DNA from: a virus
Taxonomy: Duplodnaviria; Caudoviricetes
Direction: 5' to 3' (one strand)
DNA length: 64,000 nt
Virus record (IMG/VR): IMGVR_UViG_3300018413_000007
Span: 1 to 64,000 of that record
Part shown: positions 16,550 through 24,494 of the stretch, piece after piece
Numbering within the stretch: position 1 is the stretch's first letter
Layout: each line of letters begins with the position of its first letter
Notes under the pieces: model-generated
Databases searched by the model: none
Seen by the model: only the letters and a program-made list of their open reading frames with translations
Told to the model about the DNA's origin: nothing
Translations under genes and position numbers: made by a program

Positions 16550-17005
16550 ATGACTACACTTAAGTTTAATACTTTAAGCCCCTATTCCGTTGGTTTTGAT
16601 CGTATGTTCGATCGTCTGAATGAAATGCATCATGCAACTCATTCTAATAACCAAGGATTCCCCCCATACAATATCCGCAGAGAAGCAGAAGATTTTTATA
16701 TCGACATAGCTCTCGCTGGAATCGATCAAGACGATATTGACATCGAGGTCAAAGAAGACCAACTGACTGTCAAATCTGCTTGGGAAGAGCCTGGTGATTA
16801 TATGAATGCCGGTGGCGAATATCTTCATCGCGGTATATCACGAAAGAAATTTACTCGACAATTCACCCTCACGGATGATATTGAGGTGCAAGGAGCCGAG
16901 TATGTCAATGGTCTTTTAACTATTCATTTGGAAAGGATTATCCCCGAAGAGAAAAGACCCAAGAAAATAGCCATTAATTCTAAAAAAGAACTATTGGTCG
17001 ATTGA
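16550..17005 (+). CDS. hsp20: Small heat-shock protein (Hsp20/IbpA-like)
   Basis: GFDRMF, FPPYNI, IALAG, YLHRGISRKKFTRQF, NGLLTIHL, IPEEKRPKKI. Confidence 0.95.
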   Translation: MTTLKFNTLSPYSVGFDRMFDRLNEMHHATHSNNQGFPPYNIRREAEDFYIDIALAGIDQDDIDIEVKEDQLTVKSAWEEPGDYMNAGGEYLHRGISRKKFTRQFTLTDDIEVQGAEYVNGLLTIHLERIIPEEKRPKKIAINSKKELLVD

Positions 17006-17018
17006 GGAGACTTATATA

Positions 17019-17603
17019 ATGGAATTACAAGGACGACTACTACCTGATGTAGTCTTTAAGACACGTGTACGCGACGAATCGATTGGCGGTGACAATCCCT
17101 ATCGGTGGGAAGATGTAACCACGGATGATCTTTTCGAGAAGAAGCGTATAGTTGTATTCAGTTTGCCTGGAGCATTCACACCCACGTGTTCGACGTATCA
17201 GGTACCTGGCTTTGAAGAGGCCTATGAGTGCATCAAATCACTTCATGTTGATGACGTTTACTGTGTATCGGTAAATGACGCATTTGTAATGAATGCCTGG
17301 GCTAAGGCTCAAGGAGTGGAAAACATCAAGATGATTCCAGATGGCTCTGGTCAATTTACTGCTGGACTTAATATGTTGGTCGAAAAAGACAATCTCGGCT
17401 TTGGAAATCGATCATGGCGATATGCAATGTTAGTCACCGACTGTGTCGTTGAGAAAGCATTCGTAGAACCAGGTCAGATGGACAATTGCCCAGAAGATCC
17501 TTATGGTGAATCTGCTCCAGAAAAAGTCATCGCTTACCTCGAATCAGTTGCTGAAAGATTTGCGGTACGATCTGTAGGGAGTAAGGATGAAAAAGCTGCG
17601 TAA
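17019..17603 (+). CDS. Peroxiredoxin, Prx5/redoxin family
   Basis: FSLPGAFTPTCS (peroxidatic Cys), SVNDAFVMNAW, PDGSGQFT, FGNRSWRYAM. Confidence 0.92.
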   Translation: MELQGRLLPDVVFKTRVRDESIGGDNPYRWEDVTTDDLFEKKRIVVFSLPGAFTPTCSTYQVPGFEEAYECIKSLHVDDVYCVSVNDAFVMNAWAKAQGVENIKMIPDGSGQFTAGLNMLVEKDNLGFGNRSWRYAMLVTDCVVEKAFVEPGQMDNCPEDPYGESAPEKVIAYLESVAERFAVRSVGSKDEKAA

Positions 17604-17739
17604 TTTTCTTATACAATACTGGGCTGATTTTAAAGAGGCTTTACAGTGGATGAATTTCATCGAAATGTATGACCATAATCTAAATGAAGCTCTTAGAAAA
17701 AGAGAAGAACAAAGGCAAAAAGAAAAGGAGTCCGAATAG
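17587..17739 (+). CDS. Hypothetical protein (50 aa), not in the ORF track
   Basis: MKKLRNFLIQYWADFKEALQWMNFIEMYDHNLNEALRKREEQRQKEKESE; fills the gap between the peroxiredoxin gene and the terminator. Confidence 0.5.
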   Translation: MKKLRNFLIQYWADFKEALQWMNFIEMYDHNLNEALRKREEQRQKEKESE

Positions 17740-17753
17740 GGCTCCTTTTTTTT
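17723..17753. terminator. Bidirectional intrinsic terminator between convergent modules
   Basis: AAAAGGAGTCC-GAATA-GGGCTCC followed by a long T run, with an A run on the 5' side. Confidence 0.85.
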
Positions 17754-19497
17754 AGCTTATTGGCCCGAAGACATCTTGCTGGACAGGAGATCCATTAGCA
17801 TTAACACTAGTAAATGTCTGCGTAGGACCACCTTTAATATCATTAACGATATTCGTGTGATTATCACCACCTCTGTTCACCTCGACAGTCACTGTCTGAG
17901 CCTGAACATTCGCGACACTTTCTAATTTCGCAGCCATATCTGCCGGCATTTCTTGTATTACGGCATTTGGTGGAGGGGTGAGAGGAGTAGGAGCTTCGGC
18001 AGCATCCATTATTGGTGTTACGGCCGGAGTTATTTCAAGATCCATTCCAGCAAGTTGTCCAGCGAGACCCTCTCTTTGTTGGCGTAAAAGTGCCATCTTC
18101 TCGTCGAATTCTTCCTTTTCTCTTTCCAGAAGACGTGCACTTCGAAGGGTTTTGGATCGGCCGCGGCCAACATAAATGCTTCGATTATCAAAAGCTTCTT
18201 GGGCTTCAGCCATTTCAGTATCTAATCTGTCTAATTCTGCCTGGGCCCTTGCATTGAATTCATCGTCTGATAAGATTTCGGCTCTTTTTCTCTCAGGTAA
18301 CGCGTCTATGTATTCTTGATATTTGTCACCGAGTGATTCTTGAAGTCGCTGTCTTTCTCTACGAGCTGCAATAATGTCTTCTGCCTCATTCGACAGGATT
18401 CCTTTGTCTAAGACGTCGTCTTGAATGAAATCATAAACCTCTTTCCCTAGACCATAGGCAAATCCAGCAACGGCTCCTACGAGAGCTCCTTTAGGACCAA
18501 ACATCATACCAAGGGTGGCACCAGCTCCAGCACTAATTCCTACTGATGTGGCGGATTCTCTAAGGTCAAAATTCTTGATGTCAGCATTTCTGGCTTCACC
18601 TCTAATAAAAGAGGCTATATCTTCAGCGTAGATCAATCCGGCCACACCCAGGGCACCCATCATTGCCTTACCCATACCCTTACCAGCAGCGCCAGACATT
18701 GCACCAGGCATTCCAGTAACAAGACTTGCAATTGCCTTTCCAGCAATAGATGTTCCAATAGAGGTAATGAGTTTAGCACCGACTGCTGATGCTGCAAGAC
18801 CGGTCAGAATCTTTAAAGGATCATCGAAGTATGTAATCATACTCTGTAATCCTGCACCGGCCTGACCAATGAATTCAACAGCAGTGGTTCCAAACTCTAA
18901 TAGTGTTTGACCGAGACCAGCGAAATCAAAGTTTTTGATATCTTCCATAAACCGATCAAACCCACCATCGGTCATTTCGTTAACAAATCCTTTTATTACT
19001 TTAAAAGCAATATAACCCCCACCAGCAAAGATAGCAAGATTCTTCAGAAGACTTCTTGCTCCACCGCCTATAAGTTTGTCAAGAAGGCCTGGTCCTTTTG
19101 CTTCTTTTAGGTCAGATTTTGCTCTGAATAGATCAGCCTTTTCTCGAAGCATTCTGATTTCTTTGGCAGTTTCAGATTCCCCATCGTCTAATTCGGCCAG
19201 ATCAGCATTTCGTTTTGCGGTTTCAGCTTGATCTTGAGCTAGACCTTGCATCCCGTCTAAGATAGAACTTTGATCTGCAATGGCATCAGAGATACTATCG
19301 AACGCAACAGAAAATTTTTCCAACTCGACATTTGTTTGACGAATAGAGTTCTTACCACTATTACGCAGTAATTGTCCTTCTCGCTTGAGACGATCAATGA
19401 TTGCCTCTGTCTGTTCAGAATATTGCTTCTTATCTTCGGTTCGATTAGTCGAAGCTCTACCCTTCATGGGTAATGATCCTGCTGTTTCTTCTGCCAT
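17752..19497 (-). CDS. Baseplate hub/tail-length (tape measure, gp29-like) protein
   Basis: Helical/coiled-coil, Gly/Ala-rich hydrophobic segments; adjacent to gp51 and gp26. Confidence 0.6.
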   Translation of the reverse strand: MAEETAGSLPMKGRASTNRTEDKKQYSEQTEAIIDRLKREGQLLRNSGKNSIRQTNVELEKFSVAFDSISDAIADQSSILDGMQGLAQDQAETAKRNADLAELDDGESETAKEIRMLREKADLFRAKSDLKEAKGPGLLDKLIGGGARSLLKNLAIFAGGGYIAFKVIKGFVNEMTDGGFDRFMEDIKNFDFAGLGQTLLEFGTTAVEFIGQAGAGLQSMITYFDDPLKILTGLAASAVGAKLITSIGTSIAGKAIASLVTGMPGAMSGAAGKGMGKAMMGALGVAGLIYAEDIASFIRGEARNADIKNFDLRESATSVGISAGAGATLGMMFGPKGALVGAVAGFAYGLGKEVYDFIQDDVLDKGILSNEAEDIIAARRERQRLQESLGDKYQEYIDALPERKRAEILSDDEFNARAQAELDRLDTEMAEAQEAFDNRSIYVGRGRSKTLRSARLLEREKEEFDEKMALLRQQREGLAGQLAGMDLEITPAVTPIMDAAEAPTPLTPPPNAVIQEMPADMAAKLESVANVQAQTVTVEVNRGGDNHTNIVNDIKGGPTQTFTSVNANGSPVQQDVFGPIS

Positions 19498-19499
19498 TG

Positions 19500-19670
19500 T
19501 TATTTCTTCTGTTTTTCTTTTTGTTCTTCGACCCAGTTAACTAACATCGCGAAATACAGGTCTCTTTCGTATGGTATTAACTTTTCCAGCTCACCTATTG
19601 AGTATTTATGATGCTGCACCATGGCAAACAAGACCTGATAATAGTTTCCCAAAGTGGTATGGCACAGCAT
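19500..19670 (-). CDS. gp51: Baseplate hub assembly catalyst (56 aa), not in the ORF track
   Basis: MLCHTTLGNYYQVLFAMVQHHKYSIGELEKLIPYERDLYFAML...; HHKYS...IPYERD motif; TAATG-coupled to gp26. Confidence 0.8.
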   Translation of the reverse strand: MLCHTTLGNYYQVLFAMVQHHKYSIGELEKLIPYERDLYFAMLVNWVEEQKEKQKK

Positions 19671-20371
19671 TAGATAAAAAACGTTCGCATTCCCTCTATC
19701 ACAAATGTCTTTTCGGTACCTTCCTTATTGGTGTATTGGATCTCGTGTCTCAATTTTGGCATTGTCTGGAAAAAGGTCTGAATCCCTTTAATTACATCTC
19801 CAGTCATATTACCCATAAAATCGTCGATCTCTTCGTCAGAATACTCAGAAAAATCATGTACCTCGTCCTCTGATGCTATCTTATCTAAACACGAAATCAT
19901 AATAAAATAATTTACCAATGGATCGGTAGGTTCGAAACTGAGAATCTTAATGAATTCATCGATACTTGGATATTTTAAAAACAAATAATATTCATCATTA
20001 ATCTTGATTTTATTTGAGTGTCCTTCTGGCTTAACCAGCTTGACTTCATCTAAATCGAGATTGACCGTGATCTGTTCTTCTGTATCTGGGTCAGTTAATC
20101 TGAATTCAATATTGTTATCAATCGATTTAGATCTCATCGTCAATAACACGAATTCCAAATCAAACATTGCAAGATCTGTAATTTCCTTATCGATCAAGCA
20201 ATTGTTCACAACTTGTTTAGCAGCGAGAACCTCTTGCTCTGGATCTTTGGACTCTTGAGCCACAAGTAAGATTTTTTCTTCTTTGACCGTGAAAGGTCGG
20301 TATTTTATTTTTTCACCCGTGGAAGGAAGCTCCATTTCCAAAATAGGTAAATCAATTTTAGGCAACGCCAT
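19670..20371 (-). CDS. gp26: Baseplate hub subunit
   Basis: MALPKIDLP...LPSTGEKIKYRPFTVKEEKILL, FDLEFV, LRSKS-like motif, MPKLRH. Confidence 0.9.
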   Translation of the reverse strand: MALPKIDLPILEMELPSTGEKIKYRPFTVKEEKILLVAQESKDPEQEVLAAKQVVNNCLIDKEITDLAMFDLEFVLLTMRSKSIDNNIEFRLTDPDTEEQITVNLDLDEVKLVKPEGHSNKIKINDEYYLFLKYPSIDEFIKILSFEPTDPLVNYFIMISCLDKIASEDEVHDFSEYSDEEIDDFMGNMTGDVIKGIQTFFQTMPKLRHEIQYTNKEGTEKTFVIEGMRTFFI

Positions 20372-20387
20372 AATATACTCCTATGTT

Positions 20388-21170
20388 TTAGCCACCTCCG
20401 AAGATGTCGCTAATATTATCAAACGAATTACGAACTCTAGTCAACCTATTGACAGCATCTTGTACTGATGTTACACTATTGCCTTGATTGACCGTTTGTC
20501 GGACGACATCTGCGAATCCAGCAATGGCTCCGATTGTCTCTAAGAGACCAGCACCTCTACCGAGGGAACTTCTATTGGTCCCATTAATTTCACCTGCAAA
20601 TCTAAATCTATCGAATGAAAACTCGACGGGGAGAGTCATAAACGAATCATTGTCTTCCCAGGCCAGGTCAATATTTCCTAATGAGGTAGGGAATATGTTT
20701 TCAAATTGTGTTTCGTAATAACGGAAATCACTAGAATCTGTGGTATAGTGTCGAACGAACATGTCTAATGTATAATCGCTTTTATAGCCCACCTCGAATG
20801 GTAACTGATCTCCGTTGATCGATGAAAGTGGACCACCTGTCGTTCCGTAATTCACAACAGTCTGCATCCAAGAATGGAAGAATCGAAGCACTTCGTGGTC
20901 TGAATCACACAAAAAGATTGCCTGGATTGGTTCCTTTGAAATGGTGGTGGGGAACTCTCTATTCAATTGGCCGACCTTAACATCTTCTGCCATATTAAGT
21001 GAGATGCCTGGAATTGTAATACTGCTGCAGAAAAAAGAAAAATCTCTAGGCCCTATCCTAGATGTATTCAACCGGGGCCGATTGGATATACGTACCTCAA
21101 AAAGATTCGATCGGCTGGGACCACCATATCGATCAAATGTTGACTTGAATTGCGTTATGTTAAAAGGCAC
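20388..21170 (-). CDS. gp54: Baseplate-tail tube initiator (tube-protein fold)
   Basis: GGPSRSNLFEV, ITIPG, GYKSDY, FPTSLG..L.W and LPVEF.F patterns of gp19/gp54-like proteins. Confidence 0.7.
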   Translation of the reverse strand: MPFNITQFKSTFDRYGGPSRSNLFEVRISNRPRLNTSRIGPRDFSFFCSSITIPGISLNMAEDVKVGQLNREFPTTISKEPIQAIFLCDSDHEVLRFFHSWMQTVVNYGTTGGPLSSINGDQLPFEVGYKSDYTLDMFVRHYTTDSSDFRYYETQFENIFPTSLGNIDLAWEDNDSFMTLPVEFSFDRFRFAGEINGTNRSSLGRGAGLLETIGAIAGFADVVRQTVNQGNSVTSVQDAVNRLTRVRNSFDNISDIFGGG

Positions 21171-21173
21171 TTA

Positions 21174-21779
21174 TTATCCCCTTATTATTTTTCTGGAATC
21201 TGCCCAGACCTTTTGTTTACTAGCACCGACAAAATTTGCTGTCGGTAAAAATAGTGCTGTATCCCATTCCGAAGGAGCGACTAATAAAAACCGAGACTGT
21301 AATTGATTCGATAGATAATGTTTGACAGTCGGTTTAAATGGCTTAAATTTAGCAGCACTATTTAAAATATCGTACGATATCTTCAATCGAGTCGAATCAT
21401 CGTATTTTTTATTTGTCGTTGTCGAATATAGAGCATCCATCAGTTTAGCTCTCAACGTAGGTGGGAGATAATGTAGGTTGATCCCAAGAAAGCCACCCTT
21501 AGCTCTATTTATTGGAAAAACGAGAGGAAATTTATCATAATACGGTAAGGTGTCTTTATGCTTTGGATCATATGCGAACATGTACATATTGCCGTATTGA
21601 AGCCGGCCCTTTGCCCTACCAGATTTGGTCAACTGAGATTCAAGTTTTGATTGAGATACCGAGCCCTTGCTTACCCCCTGGGCTTGTTTACGGTACCATT
21701 CTCGTGCGGCTTTGGTTCGCCCCGGCACTTGTCCGGCACGAATTCCCTTTAATAATATTTCGTCGAATATTTGAGCCAC
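21174..21779 (-). CDS. gp2: DNA end protector protein
   Basis: GNMYMFAYDPKHK, LPYYDKFPL, GFLGINLHYL, W...LFLPT. Confidence 0.9.
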   Translation of the reverse strand: MAQIFDEILLKGIRAGQVPGRTKAAREWYRKQAQGVSKGSVSQSKLESQLTKSGRAKGRLQYGNMYMFAYDPKHKDTLPYYDKFPLVFPINRAKGGFLGINLHYLPPTLRAKLMDALYSTTTNKKYDDSTRLKISYDILNSAAKFKPFKPTVKHYLSNQLQSRFLLVAPSEWDTALFLPTANFVGASKQKVWADSRKIIRG

Positions 21780-22267
21780 TATTCCTCCCAGGTCCAGGCA
21801 CTACAGTTATGGAGGTCTTCCCACGGGTCGACCAGAAATATTTGAAGTGTATCAGATGCAGGATATTCAACATCCTTACACTGAACAGCCTCGGTATGTC
21901 CAATCATAAACTTCCCACCCGGTTTCAACGTACATCGGGTGATCCCGCTCAATGAACTCCATTCTGGGCAAATTGCATTTGCCTTTCTATATTCCTCTCT
22001 GGTAAATTGGGTCGGAATATCGAGTGACCACCATCTACCTGTTGCCGATTCTGGATATTCCATATTGAACACACGCCAGAGAATAATGGGTTCGTCTGAT
22101 GTGTTTTCATAAAAGATAGTATCACTGATAGGCATATCGATACCACACAACTGATCGATCATTGGATGATCATCATGGGCCTGACAAGCACCCTTCACAC
22201 TCTGTGTATAAACACCTAACACGAATGCCAAAAACAAAAACCCTAATCTATTCACTATCCTAATCAT
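21779..22267 (-). CDS. Predicted exported Cys-rich protein (162 aa)
   Basis: ATGA-coupled to gp4; N-terminal hydrophobic segment LGFLFLAFVLGVY; six Cys. Confidence 0.6.
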   Translation of the reverse strand: MIRIVNRLGFLFLAFVLGVYTQSVKGACQAHDDHPMIDQLCGIDMPISDTIFYENTSDEPIILWRVFNMEYPESATGRWWSLDIPTQFTREEYRKANAICPEWSSLSGITRCTLKPGGKFMIGHTEAVQCKDVEYPASDTLQIFLVDPWEDLHNCSAWTWEE

Positions 22268-22722
22268 TTTATACCCAATTCCTTTTCGGTCCAAATTTGA
22301 AATTCCCAGCCTCGATCAGCACAATAGCTTCTTGCTGCTTTCCATTTCGCTTCATTCACACCCCAGGTTTTAACCTCTCTCAGATATCTGGTAGATATTC
22401 TACCCGTGGGTGTCGCATTCTTTTTCTTTATATCGGGTGGCCGAGTTTGTCCGGCTGGTTTGATTTCTATCATCAATGTACCAATACTGCCGTCTCGTTT
22501 TCGCATGTGCACAATCACGTCTGGATAGTACCTATGCACCTTTCCATCGATCGGTGATCTATACGGGACGACAAGCTCTTCCGATTGCCACCAAATCACA
22601 TCTGGGTGATCATCTACCAAACGAAAAAACTTCAATTCCCACAAGGATCTATAAATTATGTTTGTAGGGTTGCCCTTATACTTTGCAGGGTTCTTGGGCC
22701 TAAACCTACCTTTATACGCCAT
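22264..22722 (-). CDS. gp4: Head completion nuclease (TnsA-like PD-(D/E)xK)
   Basis: MAYKG.F.PKNP.KY.G, YRSLWE, WQSEE, HRYYPD, IEIKP, NEAKW. Confidence 0.93.
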   Translation of the reverse strand: MAYKGRFRPKNPAKYKGNPTNIIYRSLWELKFFRLVDDHPDVIWWQSEELVVPYRSPIDGKVHRYYPDVIVHMRKRDGSIGTLMIEIKPAGQTRPPDIKKKNATPTGRISTRYLREVKTWGVNEAKWKAARSYCADRGWEFQIWTEKELGIK

Positions 22723-22735
22723 TTGTCAAGTTCGA

Positions 22736-22743
22736 TATAAATA
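22736..22743 (+). promoter_or_regulatory. T4-type late promoter for the baseplate operon
   Basis: Exact TATAAATA at the strand switch. Confidence 0.75.
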
Positions 22744-22761
22744 AAAAGTAATTGCCTTTAA

Positions 22762-22769
22762 TATTTATT
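22762..22769 (-). promoter_or_regulatory. Late promoter variant for the minus-strand gp4 operon
   Basis: AATAAATA on the minus strand about 40 nt upstream of the gp4 ATG, facing the plus-strand late promoter. Confidence 0.5.
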
Positions 22770-22787
22770 CAAAAACAGGGAACCGAA

Positions 22788-23855
22788 ATGGGACGATCTA
22801 CTCGACCAGAGTTCGTAATTCAGCAAAATAAAAAAGGAATGTCGTCGGAAAGATATTCATTTCCGTCTACTCCCTATCCGCATTCCATTCTTTTTATCTT
22901 CAAAGAATATGCATACGCTGACCTACAAGAAAATTATGCAAAGTTTTCTGCCCCTCAAGACCTCCAATCCAATCAGATTAATAATGATGGTGGGGGCAAA
23001 GCAGCAAACGTTCGTAAGAACTCGTCGATAGAATTACCATTCCCATCTGCACTCAATGATGAGATCTCGCTCAGAATAGAAGGATTCGAGCAAGACGTGA
23101 TTGCTGAAAAGATTGCAAGAGGCCTGGCCAGTTATGCAAAGGGCGGCACCATTGGTGATTTGGCCTCGAAAGGTGACAAAATGCTAGAGACGGTTGGTAA
23201 GGCCGGTGCAGAGATGATCAAAAATATGGATTTCTCTAAGATAAAAGAAGGCGGTGGGGACATGATAGGTTCTCTCGCAAAGGGCATCGAAAACGCATTG
23301 GGGAAGATCGGTGGCTTGGACACCAGTACCGTAGCAGCGGCTGCAGGTTTTGCTGCAAGAAATATTCTACCAGGCGATATGGGTAAAACAATCGACGCGG
23401 TCACCGGTAAAACATTAAACCCAAAAGAAACATTGGCCTTTGGTGGTGTTGATCTAAAATCATATCAATTCGATTGGACACTTTTCCCATCCAGCCCTCA
23501 AGATTCTCAGAATATTAAAAATATTGTCAACCTATTTAAACGTAACGCGCTCCCTACAGTTGATAGTAGTATTCCAGGTTTTGAAAGGGCATTCTTGAAT
23601 TATCCATCGGTTGTAGATACGGTTCTCATTGGTGTTGATGAATCTTTTTGGCCTCGATTTAAACCAGCAATGATTTCGGCAGTCTCAGCAGATTATACGG
23701 GCGGTAATGATATGACCATCCTGCGTGGTGGTAAACCTACAGCAGTCACATTATCAATCACGATCAATGAACTTGGTATCCATACGGCAGAAGATTATGG
23801 AGCAGAATCAACATCTCCTGCTACATCTACCGATGAGCCAGAGGTAAACGCATAA
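22788..23855 (+). CDS. gp48: Baseplate tail-tube cap
   Basis: IELPFP, NPKETLAFGGVDLKSYQFDWTLFPSS, YP...F.R; precedes gp53. Confidence 0.78.
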   Translation: MGRSTRPEFVIQQNKKGMSSERYSFPSTPYPHSILFIFKEYAYADLQENYAKFSAPQDLQSNQINNDGGGKAANVRKNSSIELPFPSALNDEISLRIEGFEQDVIAEKIARGLASYAKGGTIGDLASKGDKMLETVGKAGAEMIKNMDFSKIKEGGGDMIGSLAKGIENALGKIGGLDTSTVAAAAGFAARNILPGDMGKTIDAVTGKTLNPKETLAFGGVDLKSYQFDWTLFPSSPQDSQNIKNIVNLFKRNALPTVDSSIPGFERAFLNYPSVVDTVLIGVDESFWPRFKPAMISAVSADYTGGNDMTILRGGKPTAVTLSITINELGIHTAEDYGAESTSPATSTDEPEVNA

Positions 23856-24236
23856 ATGAAATATTTTTCTGAATTTCCTATCATCGAATATGAGGGTCGT
23901 CGTGTTAGAGATATAACACGAAGAACTCAATTTGTCAAGGATCTAACTACAAACCCATTTCTCTACATGCCGTATACGGTAAAAGAAGGAGAGAGGGCAG
24001 AAGACATCGCTCAATATTACTATGGTTCTGTGGATTACGTTTGGTTGGTTTATATGGCGAATGGAATCGTTGATCCCTACCACGATTGGCCAAAGAGCCT
24101 AGAGCAATTCCACGAATATCTCATAGACAAATATGAAGATATTGCAGACGCCACTGGTGAAGATATCTTGAATTGGCTTCAAGATGAGGGTGGCGATAAC
24201 AACATTGTTTATTATTACAGACCAGCGGGGACATAA
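23856..24236 (+). CDS. gp53: Baseplate wedge subunit, N-terminal part
   Basis: MKYFSEFP, YTVKEGERAEDIA..YYG, W.V.MAN.I.DPY.DWP (LysM-like). Confidence 0.85.
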   Translation: MKYFSEFPIIEYEGRRVRDITRRTQFVKDLTTNPFLYMPYTVKEGERAEDIAQYYYGSVDYVWLVYMANGIVDPYHDWPKSLEQFHEYLIDKYEDIADATGEDILNWLQDEGGDNNIVYYYRPAGT

Positions 24237-24239
24237 TAA

Positions 24240-24494
24240 ATGGCCGTCGAAGATATTATCTTAACTCCCGAATCATTTGAAACCATATATCTCCGTAGAG
24301 AAGATAGGGTAATTCTTCGTACTGAGAAAGGTGCTAAGATCATTATCAAACGAATCATACCCGACGAATGGGTAGCATATCGATATTACGAATACGAAGA
24401 AGACATTAACAACAATAAAAAAGAAATTTTGTTGTTTGACAAATCTTACCTGACTCAAATAGAGCGAGAATTCAAAGCAAGTTTTAACGTATGA
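24240..24494 (+). CDS. Probable C-terminal part of gp53 encoded as a separate ORF
   Basis: In frame with the upstream ORF after TAA TAA; YEYEEDINNNKKEILL..KSYL..IEREF resembles the gp53 C-terminus. Confidence 0.6.
   Translation: MAVEDIILTPESFETIYLRREDRVILRTEKGAKIIIKRIIPDEWVAYRYYEYEEDINNNKKEILLFDKSYLTQIEREFKASFNV

Noticed and set aside
21512-22146. Plus-strand ORFs of 147 and 65 aa
   Set aside because: Shadows of gp2 and its neighbour on the minus strand; no recognisable motifs.
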